Shown here piece by piece: positions 49,188 to 58,316 of a stretch of DNA of 64,000 nucleotides (positions are counted from its first letter, which is position 1; each line of letters opens with the position of its first letter). Both the position numbers and the translations under genes were made by a program. The notes beneath the pieces are model-generated. The model saw only the letters and a list, made by a program, of their open reading frames with translations. It was not told the origin of the DNA and made no database searches. Origin of the DNA: Candidatus Micrarchaeota archaeon (GTDB lineage: Archaea > Micrarchaeota > Micrarchaeia > Anstonellales > Bilamarchaeaceae). The stretch covers positions 22,172-86,171 of the forward strand of contig JBBSVN010000010.1 of assembly GCA_038046765.1 (NCBI GenBank), written 5' to 3'.

Positions 49188-49237
49188 ATCTGATTGCATG
49201 TTATATTTAGTGATAAAATTAGTAAAACTGATAAGAG

Positions 49238-49963
49238 GTGGGAATTATGGCTGATGTTTTAACTAATAAAGAAACCAACAAAGACGAAAAATTTGTTAAT
49301 TGGGGAACAAACTGGGCAACAGTACTCCCTGAACTAATTGGAGAAGACCTAAAACAAAAAATTTACGATAATACTCTATTCAATCTTATGGGAGATCTAA
49401 AAGGAAAAACAATACTAGATTATGGTTCTGGTCCAGCAGTTATTGCATCTAGGGCAAAAAAAATCGGTGCAGATGTAAAAGTATTTGATATTTCATCAGA
49501 AATGCTAAAGGCATCTGCAAATAAAATTGGCATATACAATGTTTATCATAAAATTGATGAAATACCTAGCAATCATTTTGACGTTGTCCTGTGCAATCTG
49601 GTTGTATGTATAGTTCCAGAAGAAGCTGAAGTTGCAAGAATTGCTCTTAATCTAAGATTAGCTCTTAAGGAAGATGGGGTAACTTACATTGGTTTTTGCA
49701 ATCCAAAAATTTTCAATGTTCCAGAATCCATAATTGACTATCGAATGCAAACTGGTAGGAAATATGCTGAATGCCATCAATATCAAAAAATCAAAAAAGA
49801 AGGCGGTTACAAAATTGTTGAAATGCATAGACCAACAGAATGGTACGAAACAATTTTCAAGAGTGTTGGGCTAAATGTTACATCCGTTCATCTGACTCCA
49901 AGTTATGACTTAAATGGAAGGCAAATTAATGATTTTGTTATCCTAGAAGTTAGAAAAAATTAG
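49238..49963 (+). CDS. Class I SAM-dependent methyltransferase
   Basis: ILDYGSGP, FDISSEML, FDVVLCNLV, LKEDG. Confidence 0.85.
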   Translation: MGIMADVLTNKETNKDEKFVNWGTNWATVLPELIGEDLKQKIYDNTLFNLMGDLKGKTILDYGSGPAVIASRAKKIGADVKVFDISSEMLKASANKIGIYNVYHKIDEIPSNHFDVVLCNLVVCIVPEEAEVARIALNLRLALKEDGVTYIGFCNPKIFNVPESIIDYRMQTGRKYAECHQYQKIKKEGGYKIVEMHRPTEWYETIFKSVGLNVTSVHLTPSYDLNGRQINDFVILEVRKN

Positions 49964-49973
49964 GTGATTTATT

Positions 49974-50345
49974 ATGAAAATGAAAGTCGGACAAAAGGAA
50001 AAAATGAGTATCGCTAAATGCAGTTTTGTCAGGCATGCTTTATTTGGATCTGCTCTGTTAGTTTCTGCTGCAAGTGGGTGTGAAAGTAGAAAGAGTGAAG
50101 AACCAGAAAATATGACACAGATGACTTTTCTTAACGGTGCAAAAATCTCAGGATGTATGTTTAAGGCAGATAAGAAAAATCCACTTGAGAAAGATGAGCT
50201 TGCGATACATATTGTCTTGTCAGATGAAGTGCCTGCTGGAGATACTCTAGCTGTGCGTAACATAAGTTCTCAATTAGGGGTAGTTCAAATCAACGGATTT
50301 GGGGCAAATCGAAAATTAAAATTTCCGAAATGTAACAGAGAATAA
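49974..50345 (+). CDS. Lipoprotein-like orphan
   Basis: GGTGA RBS; ASGC lipobox after extended N-region. Confidence 0.5.
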   Translation: MKMKVGQKEKMSIAKCSFVRHALFGSALLVSAASGCESRKSEEPENMTQMTFLNGAKISGCMFKADKKNPLEKDELAIHIVLSDEVPAGDTLAVRNISSQLGVVQINGFGANRKLKFPKCNRE

Positions 50346-50369
50346 TAATGCTGCAAGGGGTGGATAAAA

Positions 50370-51680
50370 ATGCTAAATGTATTAAAAACAAAACTGTCAG
50401 ATTATTTCGAGTTTGCCAAGCATAAAGCTAATTTCAAAACTGAAATTTTAGCTGGTATTTCTACATTCTTGGCACTATCCTACATTTTCATTGTAAATCC
50501 TGCAATATTAGGTGAAGCCGGTATGGCTAAGGGTTTTGTTTTCTTTGCCACAGTATTTGCCTCTTGTATTGTAACTTTAGCTATGGGGTTATACGCAAAG
50601 AAGCCCCTAGTTTTAGCTCCTGGTTTGGAGATGAATGGTTATATTGCATTTTTTGTAATTGGCGCGCTAGGTTTTAGTTGGCAGGGAGCTTTAGGTGCAG
50701 TATTCTGGGAAGGGGTTTTATGTATCCTGTTTACTTTGCACGAAATGAGAGTAAGGATAATCAAGGCAGTTCCTGCGAGTATGAAAGCTGGTTTATCATT
50801 AAGCGTCGGCGTATTTGTCGCAATAATCGGTTTAAAGGTTTCTAATATTTTACTATATCAAGGAATTGTCCTATCTGGAATAGGTGCGCTCCTTTCAAAA
50901 GAAGCCTTGGTTGTTTATTTTGGGCTAGCTGTTATTTTGATACTTGAGAGATTGAAGATAACTGGCTCGGTTTTAATCAGTATAATTCTTGCTACTTTGC
51001 TTGCTTATTACTTCGGTTTAGGGGTAAAGCCTGAAGAAGTATCATTGCTTTCTCAAGGATGGCTTGATGGCTTTTTGAAGTTTGATTTAGGAGTCATCTT
51101 AGATCCAAGAATGTGGAGTATTATTCTCACGCTTTTTGTAATTGATTTTTATGGTAGTATTGCTAAGTTCATTGGATTAACCAGGAACACTTCCATAGTA
51201 GATGAAAAGGGGGACATGCCGCAGATAAAAGAAGCTATGCTCGTTGATGGAGCGGGTACTATAATCGGCGCGGGAGCTGGAACAAGTAGCATAATCACAT
51301 ATGTAGAAAGCGCGGTCGGTATAGGTGCTGGCGGAAGAACCGGATTGACTGCAGTAGTTTGCGGCTTACTTATGTTGTCATTCCTTTTATTACCGAACCT
51401 AGTAGGATTAGTACCTGTTATATCTGCTGCTGGTGCGCTATTATTTGTCGGATTAACTCTTATGCCTTCTAGAAAAGAACTTACAACATACTCAAATGTT
51501 GAGAAAGCGTCTATTCTTGCAATGGCGCTTACAGTATTATTTACATTTGCATTAGACAAAGCTATGCTGATTGGTTTTGGAACTTATATTATTGGCTCAG
51601 TTCTAGCTGGTAAATCAAAGCAAGTTGACATCTATTTGGTTATTTCAACTGCATTAATTTTGCTTGCATTAGTGTTTTAG
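50370..51680 (+). CDS. NCS2/AzgA-like nucleobase (purine) permease
   Basis: TEILAGISTFL..YI.IVNP.IL; LAPG; TYVESAVGIGAGGRTGLTA. Confidence 0.9.
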   Translation: MLNVLKTKLSDYFEFAKHKANFKTEILAGISTFLALSYIFIVNPAILGEAGMAKGFVFFATVFASCIVTLAMGLYAKKPLVLAPGLEMNGYIAFFVIGALGFSWQGALGAVFWEGVLCILFTLHEMRVRIIKAVPASMKAGLSLSVGVFVAIIGLKVSNILLYQGIVLSGIGALLSKEALVVYFGLAVILILERLKITGSVLISIILATLLAYYFGLGVKPEEVSLLSQGWLDGFLKFDLGVILDPRMWSIILTLFVIDFYGSIAKFIGLTRNTSIVDEKGDMPQIKEAMLVDGAGTIIGAGAGTSSIITYVESAVGIGAGGRTGLTAVVCGLLMLSFLLLPNLVGLVPVISAAGALLFVGLTLMPSRKELTTYSNVEKASILAMALTVLFTFALDKAMLIGFGTYIIGSVLAGKSKQVDIYLVISTALILLALVF

Positions 51681-51718
51681 CAGGTGTAATTATTTTTCTT
51701 TCTTTTCTTATTAAAATA

Positions 51719-51795
51719 TTACATTTTAGTAAATCCATTCGTCAAGATGTATACATTATAGTAAATCAATTTGCTAAAATGTAATAAATTAGCTA
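51719..51795. repeat. 77-bp direct repeat (two tandem 32-bp palindromes), downstream copy of ATPase 51804..53009
   Basis: 71/77 identical to 53042-53118. Confidence 0.95.
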
Positions 51796-51803
51796 GTTTT
51801 TGC

Positions 51804-53009
51804 CTATTTTTTATCTTTTTCTACTAAACCAACCATAAACAGAGGTCTTTTCATTTCTTCGATTACTCCAGGATGCGTTAATATAATCTGTTTCTTTGCT
51901 TTAAAACCTTTAAACTGGCTTGCGCTTTTATTTACTCCGCCTATTTCAAAAACAGTTTCCCCAATCAAATAATCAGGTATCTTTTCTCCTCTTTCTGATT
52001 TTAAATAGTTTATTTCAAAATCAAGATTCTGTATCGCTTCAGCAAAAAAATCTTCTCTTATTGCGCCTATGCATTCATCGTAATTTTTATAAAGCAGACG
52101 ATAAGGTAATGCAAGCAGTATCTTAGGTTCCTTTAGGACATTTGTTCCTTTAGGAAAAATGCATCTTAAAACAAATGTTTTTTCAAGCACTGTAGCATAT
52201 TTCTCTACCTTATACTTTGTTGAGCCAATATTTTTTGCAACATTTGTGTAGCTAGTATCTTCAACAGATGATTTACCAAGAAATGAGATCATTTTTCTTA
52301 CTTCTACAGCTTCTTCAGAAGTTACCCTCCCGCCTAAAACTAAATCATTTCTTATAATTGTTTCTAGGATGTTGAAAAATAAAGATATTGTTTCTATTTT
52401 TCCCATCGTAAAAGGATAATTCCTTCCTTTTAAGTATAATTCAAAAAGAGGTTCTAGGTGTAAAATTTTTCCATAATATTTTTTTGCGATTTCCATATCC
52501 GCTAAATCTTCAATGTTGAACTTTGGCAAAATTTCATCTTTTTCAAAATAAATAAATTCCCTAAATGAAAACGGGTGTACCTTTATTATCCTCATTCTTC
52601 TTGAAAGGTCTGCAGATAACTCATGAAGGGAAATCGAAGAAGAACTAGTGCAAACTACGTTTATTTTTAAAAAGTCATAAATTCTTTTTAATTCAACTTC
52701 AAAGTTTGGATAGTTGTGTATTTCATCTATAAATAGTAATTTTGTATCTTTTTCTTCCAGCTCCTTTGCTAGTTCAAATAAATTAGTATCGATACCACCT
52801 GTTTCCAAAGATACATAAAAAGAAGATTCAGTTTCGTATAAAAGCTGCTTTAGTATAGTTGTTTTTCCAGCCCCCCTTGATCCGATCAATGCGATAAATG
52901 TTCTTTCTGGCAGGTATTTTTTAATGTCTTCATAAACAAATCTTTTTTTTGTATATGTTACACCTTCTGCTCGTGCTTTAGCATTTAGTTCATTTAGTAT
53001 CGGTTGCAT
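51804..53009 (-). CDS. AAA_14-type ATP-binding protein with C-terminal PD-(D/E)xK-like domain
   Basis: Walker A GSRGAGKT, Walker B LFIDEIH, ADLSRR, PFSFREF, IPDYL...FEIGG. Confidence 0.88.
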   Translation of the reverse strand: MQPILNELNAKARAEGVTYTKKRFVYEDIKKYLPERTFIALIGSRGAGKTTILKQLLYETESSFYVSLETGGIDTNLFELAKELEEKDTKLLFIDEIHNYPNFEVELKRIYDFLKINVVCTSSSSISLHELSADLSRRMRIIKVHPFSFREFIYFEKDEILPKFNIEDLADMEIAKKYYGKILHLEPLFELYLKGRNYPFTMGKIETISLFFNILETIIRNDLVLGGRVTSEEAVEVRKMISFLGKSSVEDTSYTNVAKNIGSTKYKVEKYATVLEKTFVLRCIFPKGTNVLKEPKILLALPYRLLYKNYDECIGAIREDFFAEAIQNLDFEINYLKSERGEKIPDYLIGETVFEIGGVNKSASQFKGFKAKKQIILTHPGVIEEMKRPLFMVGLVEKDKK

Positions 53010-53041
53010 AATCTATAAACAGCACAACAATATTTAAATCT

Positions 53042-53118
53042 TTACATTTTAGTAAATCCATTTTCCAAGATGCATACATTATAGTAAATTAATTTTCTAA
53101 AATGTAATAAATTAGCTA
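53042..53118. repeat. 77-bp direct repeat, upstream copy
   Basis: Matches 51719-51795; sits between the herA stop and the ATPase TATA box. Confidence 0.95.
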
Positions 53119-53119
53119 A

Positions 53120-54631
53120 TTATAAGAATGCTTCAACCTGTTTCTCCTTTTTTACCTTAGTTTCTTCAAACCTTTTAGCCATATCTCTAAGTGGTGCGCC
53201 TTTTTCTCGCTTAACTGATTTTCGTTGTCTAACTGATAAGAAAATCGGGTGATTAACTGCTTCTCCAACAACAATTGCTTCGCCCGTCTTTAATCCCGTA
53301 ATGCTCTTAGCAACCGTTGAATCAATACCCTCGCTACTCATTTGAATGTGATCTAAATCATTTGGGTTAGTTACACGTAAAATAATGTGCGTAGCGCACT
53401 GCGAAAGTGCAGTTGTACTTAAATTAACTGGACGCTGAGAGATTAAGCAAAGTGAAGCGCCAAATTTTCTTCCTTCTCGCGCGATCGTTTCAATTATACT
53501 TCTTGAAATTGCTTCGCTAGCTTCTGCTTTTTCACGTGCAAAGTTATGCGCTTCTTCAATAAGTAATAAAAATGGCGGAATCCTTTCTTTTTTCCTTAAA
53601 TTAAATAACTTTCTTCCAAGTAAAGAAACTAAAATTTGTTTTTTTCTTAAGCTATCAACGCTTGAAAAATCTAAAATTAAAAGTTTACCTGGCACAACCT
53701 GTTTTATTAGGCTTGGATTTTGTTCATCCTTAGAAATAAATCTGTATCTATGAATTTCACGAAGCGCCCTTTTCAATGTTTTTTTGACAACATCTGTTGA
53801 TATATCACTATCATCAATAGCTGCAATGAGTTCGGAAAATCCGTAGTTTACTTCATGCTCTCGCTTACACTGCTGCATTGCATATCGTAAAAGTTCTTTT
53901 TGTGGCGGGGATAAATTTGGTAACCACTCTTCAAGCATTTCTGGGGCGATTTTTGAAAGTGGAATACGCATGTCTTTTACATCAACTATTTCGGTATTGG
54001 ATCCGTACTTTTGGTCATACTTAAATCCAATGTATTCGCCGTGCATATCGATTACGATTGTTGCAATTCTACCTTCGCCTTCTTTAATTTCTAAAAGTTC
54101 TTCCATTAAAACTGATGATAAATGTGATTTACCTGCCCCAGACATTGCTAATATCGCTAAGTGCTTCTGAAGTAGCCTCGTCAAATCAATATTCGCTAGC
54201 GTATCATGATGTTGTAAGTTTCCTAAATAAAGTCCGTCCGCAGAAAATCCCAAGAAATTCTTTAGAATTTCTGATTCGCATATCTCAACTTCATTTCCAG
54301 GCGAGGGCGGAAGATAACATCTGGTAAATTTACTCTCATCTTTAGCACCAAGTACTCGAACTTCCGCTACAGAATAATCCCAGTTTGTTGTAGGAAAATC
54401 CATTTTTATACTACCCTGGTTCTCATAAGTGGAAATCGTTTCAGCCCGTTCAAAATAACGATTTGATCTATATATCTCTTTAATCATTCCAAATATTATT
54501 CCATTCTCGTTTTTTGTCTGAACGTATTGTCCTTTTTTGACATTTGATTTAGAATTAGTAATGACGAAAGCAAATTCACTAGTCGAAGGAGATTCTTCTG
54601 TTGAAACTACTGTACCTATTGCATGTGACAT
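53120..54631 (-). CDS. herA: HerA-family ATPase/helicase
   Basis: N-terminal HAS-barrel-like region, HLAILAMSGAGKS, DMHGEY, IEEAHNF, REGRKFG, SQRP. Confidence 0.88.
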   Translation of the reverse strand: MSHAIGTVVSTEESPSTSEFAFVITNSKSNVKKGQYVQTKNENGIIFGMIKEIYRSNRYFERAETISTYENQGSIKMDFPTTNWDYSVAEVRVLGAKDESKFTRCYLPPSPGNEVEICESEILKNFLGFSADGLYLGNLQHHDTLANIDLTRLLQKHLAILAMSGAGKSHLSSVLMEELLEIKEGEGRIATIVIDMHGEYIGFKYDQKYGSNTEIVDVKDMRIPLSKIAPEMLEEWLPNLSPPQKELLRYAMQQCKREHEVNYGFSELIAAIDDSDISTDVVKKTLKRALREIHRYRFISKDEQNPSLIKQVVPGKLLILDFSSVDSLRKKQILVSLLGRKLFNLRKKERIPPFLLLIEEAHNFAREKAEASEAISRSIIETIAREGRKFGASLCLISQRPVNLSTTALSQCATHIILRVTNPNDLDHIQMSSEGIDSTVAKSITGLKTGEAIVVGEAVNHPIFLSVRQRKSVKREKGAPLRDMAKRFEETKVKKEKQVEAFL

Positions 54632-54663
54632 ACTTGGTTTAAGCAGCTAAGTTTAATATTCCT

Positions 54664-55191
54664 TTACTGAAAACTCGTCCGACTAATCTTCACAAAAATT
54701 GGTTTCTGATTCTTTTTATCAACGTACGCTAGAACTAATTCTTTTCGAAGGTTATTTGCTATTTCCATTTCCTTTTCGATATCGCTAAGTTTTGCCTTTC
54801 CACTTGAATCAATAACCTTAACTAAGTATTTTGTCCGATCTTCGCCTGGTCTAAAACCTTTTTGGTAAACTCTAAAATACGCGCTATCTTCAAGATTAAG
54901 CCTTGCAATAAATCCATTATCCCTAAAGTATCTAAGAATTGCATATTTTTCCTGTGCGAGTTTATCCTTCTTTAGAAATTTCCAAAGCTCATCTTTATCA
55001 AGTTCCAAGACTCCTTTTTCAGTAAAGTAAATTGCTTCTAGAAAAGTTAGTTTGTTTTCATCGTAAAGTAATCCGCCTAAATCCTGAATTTTTGATATAA
55101 TTTGCGTATCATTTATTTTTAAAATATAATTTTTCTTGTCTAGTTCTAAGTTTTTCGAATTCTTCATGTTTTTACCCCTATATTTAATCAA
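54664..55191 (-). CDS. endA: tRNA-splicing endonuclease subunit, probably non-catalytic
   Basis: LTFLEAIY, RDNGFI, FRVY..G, KYLVKV, RKELVLAYVD; Arg at the expected catalytic His position. Confidence 0.78.
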   Translation of the reverse strand: MIKYRGKNMKNSKNLELDKKNYILKINDTQIISKIQDLGGLLYDENKLTFLEAIYFTEKGVLELDKDELWKFLKKDKLAQEKYAILRYFRDNGFIARLNLEDSAYFRVYQKGFRPGEDRTKYLVKVIDSSGKAKLSDIEKEMEIANNLRKELVLAYVDKKNQKPIFVKISRTSFQ

Positions 55192-55225
55192 TTAAAATAA
55201 AAAAAAGAAAATTTAAAATGATGTT

Positions 55226-55633
55226 TTAAAAGAATCTGTTTGATAGTACAATCGATGCGCCTATTGCGATCATTGCTACTAATTGATATACTGAAAATAT
55301 CGTGTATGTCATACTAGATCGTTTTTCAAACAATACGCTTGAGAAGTTTGTTGTTGCAATAAATCCAGCCCACAATAAGACTCCTATTAATGCACCATAC
55401 AATGCTCCAGTTATTCTAAATTGCTCTAAAACTATTGCTAGTACAAATGTCTGTACTACGGACATAACGGTCATAAGGAAATATGTTTTACCTGTGTCAC
55501 TTTTTTTAACTTCTGATTCCTTCATCTTTAATTCTTTCATCCATTGTTTTCCAAAAACTGATGGGGAATACCATATCATACCTATAACAATTGATACTAC
55601 TGTTCCGATAATTACCGATATTGCATTAATCAT
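55226..55633 (-). CDS. DUF1761 family membrane protein
   Basis: IGMIWYSP.VFGKQWM; four TMs. Confidence 0.8.
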   Translation of the reverse strand: MINAISVIIGTVVSIVIGMIWYSPSVFGKQWMKELKMKESEVKKSDTGKTYFLMTVMSVVQTFVLAIVLEQFRITGALYGALIGVLLWAGFIATTNFSSVLFEKRSSMTYTIFSVYQLVAMIAIGASIVLSNRFF

Positions 55634-55646
55634 ATTTTTTACTCAC

Positions 55647-57416
55647 CTACAATCTAAATTTTATGAATATCAAATAAAGAATAACTACGCTTGTTAATAG
55701 CACTATTGGAGCTACAATCTTTGCAACTGCAACAACTGCATTAACTGTTGAAACCAGTTCTATTGATTGTTTTGCCCCTATTACTTTTATATCTATCCAT
55801 TTTTTATCTGCATAAAACTTTGCTTTGCTTATATCTTTGTTTGCTTTTAGTGTAAGTTCTTTTATCGTATGCAGTAATTCAACGCTTTCTTTTGCGGGGT
55901 TTAAAACTCCCTTAACTACGTTTGCCTGGTGAGTGTCGGTTGTGAAAACGGCTGCATGCCATTTCTCTTTCATGTGTTTTCCAATCGACTCCATTTCCTT
56001 AATTATTTTTTCCCTAAATTCGGGGGTAATTCCATTTGAGTCTAGCCAAATCATTACGTACTTTGGTTTTGTACTTATTATTGCAACTTTTATTCCGGCT
56101 TTACCAAACTCGTTAAATGTTACGCTAGTTTGTGATACTCCAATTTCAAGTTCGCTTTTTTCTAGCTTCTTATTTATTGCCTCATCTACTGCCCCCATGT
56201 AATTAAATCCTATTTCGCTTCCCGCTTCAAAGCTCACTACTTCTCCAGTTTCTGCATTATGCTGATCTACAACTGTCGCTTCCTTGTAAATTGCCTGTGC
56301 TTGTTGTATCATTGCTAAACCTAATCCAAAATGTACATCTTCGGTTACAAGAGGTGCACGAGTTAAACTTATGAATGCGTTATTATCAAAACAAAGTGCT
56401 TCTGCAGAGCATTCTTTTTGTTTGCCAATTGCTAAACTCACGTTAGTCTTCTCATACTTTGCCTGGCCTAGAATTTCTTTACACATTTTAAGTATTTTTT
56501 CAATTTCAGTTGCTGCTACTGGATTTAAGTCGTGAGTAACTGTTGGATGAAAAACAAATGTTGTCGCATTATATTCTTTAGATAATTTATCTGATAATAA
56601 ATAACTAAACTCACTTCCCCCTAAGTTTCCAAATGGTCCAAAATGAACATAAGGAGATACAAAAAGTACCTTGTCGTTTTCTCTTTGAAATGAATAAACT
56701 GAAATTAATGTCTTAACGTTTTCTCCTAGGTTGTCCATAGTCTTTTCCATATTGTTGTCCTTGTAGAGCCACTGTGCAACTATTAATGAAAATGCGTCTG
56801 TGCTGTTTATTCCAAAGCTTCTTCTCATTGGTGCGTTTACAATCATAAAAAATATGTACAAACCTAGTAGAAGTAGAAATGCTGCAAAATAAAACCTAAA
56901 GAGGTAGCCTCCTAAGTCCGATGAAAAAGAATTCCTGGAAAAGTTTATGAAAAACATCAGGTGAAAGAATAGCTGCAGGACTGCAAAAAGAAAACTTCTG
57001 AATTTTAAAATAAATATTAGTTTTGCAATTGCGTACCATAAAACAAAAACAAGTGCTGCTCCTATAATTATTATTATCTGTCCGTAAATCGCATCATATT
57101 TGGATACAAAAAATCCAGCGAGGTATGTTATTGCGTATATTATTTCTCCAGCTAACGCCGTAACCAATATCCTTCTAAAAAACATCTTTCTTAGCATGAT
57201 TTTTATAACTGTTGCTGTAAGTAGTGATGGCAAGGCAACTAATAAAATTCCATCTATAAATCCATTTGTCAGTATGTTTAGTCCACTGTAAGTCTGGACA
57301 TCTATTAAAATTCCAAAAATTATTCCAAGTAAGACTATTGCTACAATTAAGTACTTTGAACTTGGAAGTGAATGAAAATAATCTGTAATGCTTAATGCTT
57401 TTTCTACGTTTCCCAT
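55647..57416 (-). CDS. DUF2070 family archaeal membrane protein
   Basis: N-terminal TMs; HFGPFGNLGGS, DQHN, TTDTH. Confidence 0.88.
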   Translation of the reverse strand: MGNVEKALSITDYFHSLPSSKYLIVAIVLLGIIFGILIDVQTYSGLNILTNGFIDGILLVALPSLLTATVIKIMLRKMFFRRILVTALAGEIIYAITYLAGFFVSKYDAIYGQIIIIIGAALVFVLWYAIAKLIFILKFRSFLFAVLQLFFHLMFFINFSRNSFSSDLGGYLFRFYFAAFLLLLGLYIFFMIVNAPMRRSFGINSTDAFSLIVAQWLYKDNNMEKTMDNLGENVKTLISVYSFQRENDKVLFVSPYVHFGPFGNLGGSEFSYLLSDKLSKEYNATTFVFHPTVTHDLNPVAATEIEKILKMCKEILGQAKYEKTNVSLAIGKQKECSAEALCFDNNAFISLTRAPLVTEDVHFGLGLAMIQQAQAIYKEATVVDQHNAETGEVVSFEAGSEIGFNYMGAVDEAINKKLEKSELEIGVSQTSVTFNEFGKAGIKVAIISTKPKYVMIWLDSNGITPEFREKIIKEMESIGKHMKEKWHAAVFTTDTHQANVVKGVLNPAKESVELLHTIKELTLKANKDISKAKFYADKKWIDIKVIGAKQSIELVSTVNAVVAVAKIVAPIVLLTSVVILYLIFIKFRL

Positions 57417-57449
57417 ACCTTTTATTTACTTCCCCTACATATTTAAACT

Positions 57450-58172
57450 ATGATAATCTGTCCAAAATGTGGTATTACTAATGATAAGGTTCAATTTGTA
57501 AATGCTTTTTGCATAAACTGTACTAAAGAAACGGTTAATGTTACTTGTCAGGAAAAATTCGAGTATCAAAAATGTAAATTCTGCGACAATGTTTTTTTCC
57601 GAGGAAAATGGGTTCCTTGGGATGCAAAAACCGAACATGAAATGGAAAAATCTATCCTTAGCAAATGCAAATACAAAGATGGTATAATTCGTGGTACTTA
57701 CGATCGGGCACATTCTCTTGCTGTATTATATCTTAATGTCGCAAGAGAACAAGTTCGCGTTGAGCGAAAAATTGAAGTTGAGGTCAAAATTTCTACTTGT
57801 GTCGATTGTTCAAGAATGTCTGGGGGATATTTTGAAGCTATAATTCAGCTTCGTGGGAACAAAGATAAGATTGAAAAAAATATTAAGCGGCTTCAAGTCT
57901 TGCTTGGAAAACAAGTTGTTAAAATTGACCAGCTTAAGGAAGGAGTTGACCTTTATGTAATGTCAACAAGGGAAACTGGAGCTGCTTTATCAAAAGCGCG
58001 GTTACCATTTAATACTTCTAAAAGCTTATACGGCGAAAAACAGGGAAAAAGAATCTATCGAACTACTTTTGCAGTAAGACTTGCTGACCCGGTTAAAAAA
58101 GAAATACCAGTAGAAGAAACGATACAAGAAACTAATCCAGAAGATGATGGAGACAATGATGACGAAGATTAA
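57450..58172 (+). CDS. nmd3: 60S ribosomal export protein NMD3 homolog
   Basis: Four CxxC pairs; CSRMSGGYFEAIIQLR; GVDLY; YRTT. Confidence 0.9.
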   Translation: MIICPKCGITNDKVQFVNAFCINCTKETVNVTCQEKFEYQKCKFCDNVFFRGKWVPWDAKTEHEMEKSILSKCKYKDGIIRGTYDRAHSLAVLYLNVAREQVRVERKIEVEVKISTCVDCSRMSGGYFEAIIQLRGNKDKIEKNIKRLQVLLGKQVVKIDQLKEGVDLYVMSTRETGAALSKARLPFNTSKSLYGEKQGKRIYRTTFAVRLADPVKKEIPVEETIQETNPEDDGDNDDED

Positions 58173-58188
58173 GATAAAAACGATTAAT

Positions 58189-58281
58189 TGTGTCTATTTC
58201 TTCAACCCGAGTTTATGATCTCTGTTCTGATCTTCTGTTGCACAGACTAAAAACTCTGATTGCACTTTATCCGGAGAGACC
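58189..58281 (-). ncRNA. Candidate structured RNA of unknown class
   Basis: Stem CAAUC.GAGUUU/AAACUC.GGUUG capped by two hairpins, outer GUCU/AGAC followed by ACA; TATAAAA at 58307-58301. Confidence 0.35.
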
Positions 58282-58316
58282 AAAGAAAAGGTAACTATTA
58301 TTTTATATCCTAAAGT

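Noticed and set aside
53120-54631. HerA as the CedB/VirB4 motor of the six-paralog cluster
   Set aside because: It has a HAS-barrel-like N-terminus and no TM, lies 35 kb away among housekeeping genes, and fits an ordinary HerA
58215-58259. C/D-box sRNA on the plus strand (ATGATC...CTGA...CTGA)
   Set aside because: No proper RUGAUGA box C; pairing and promoter position favour the minus strand
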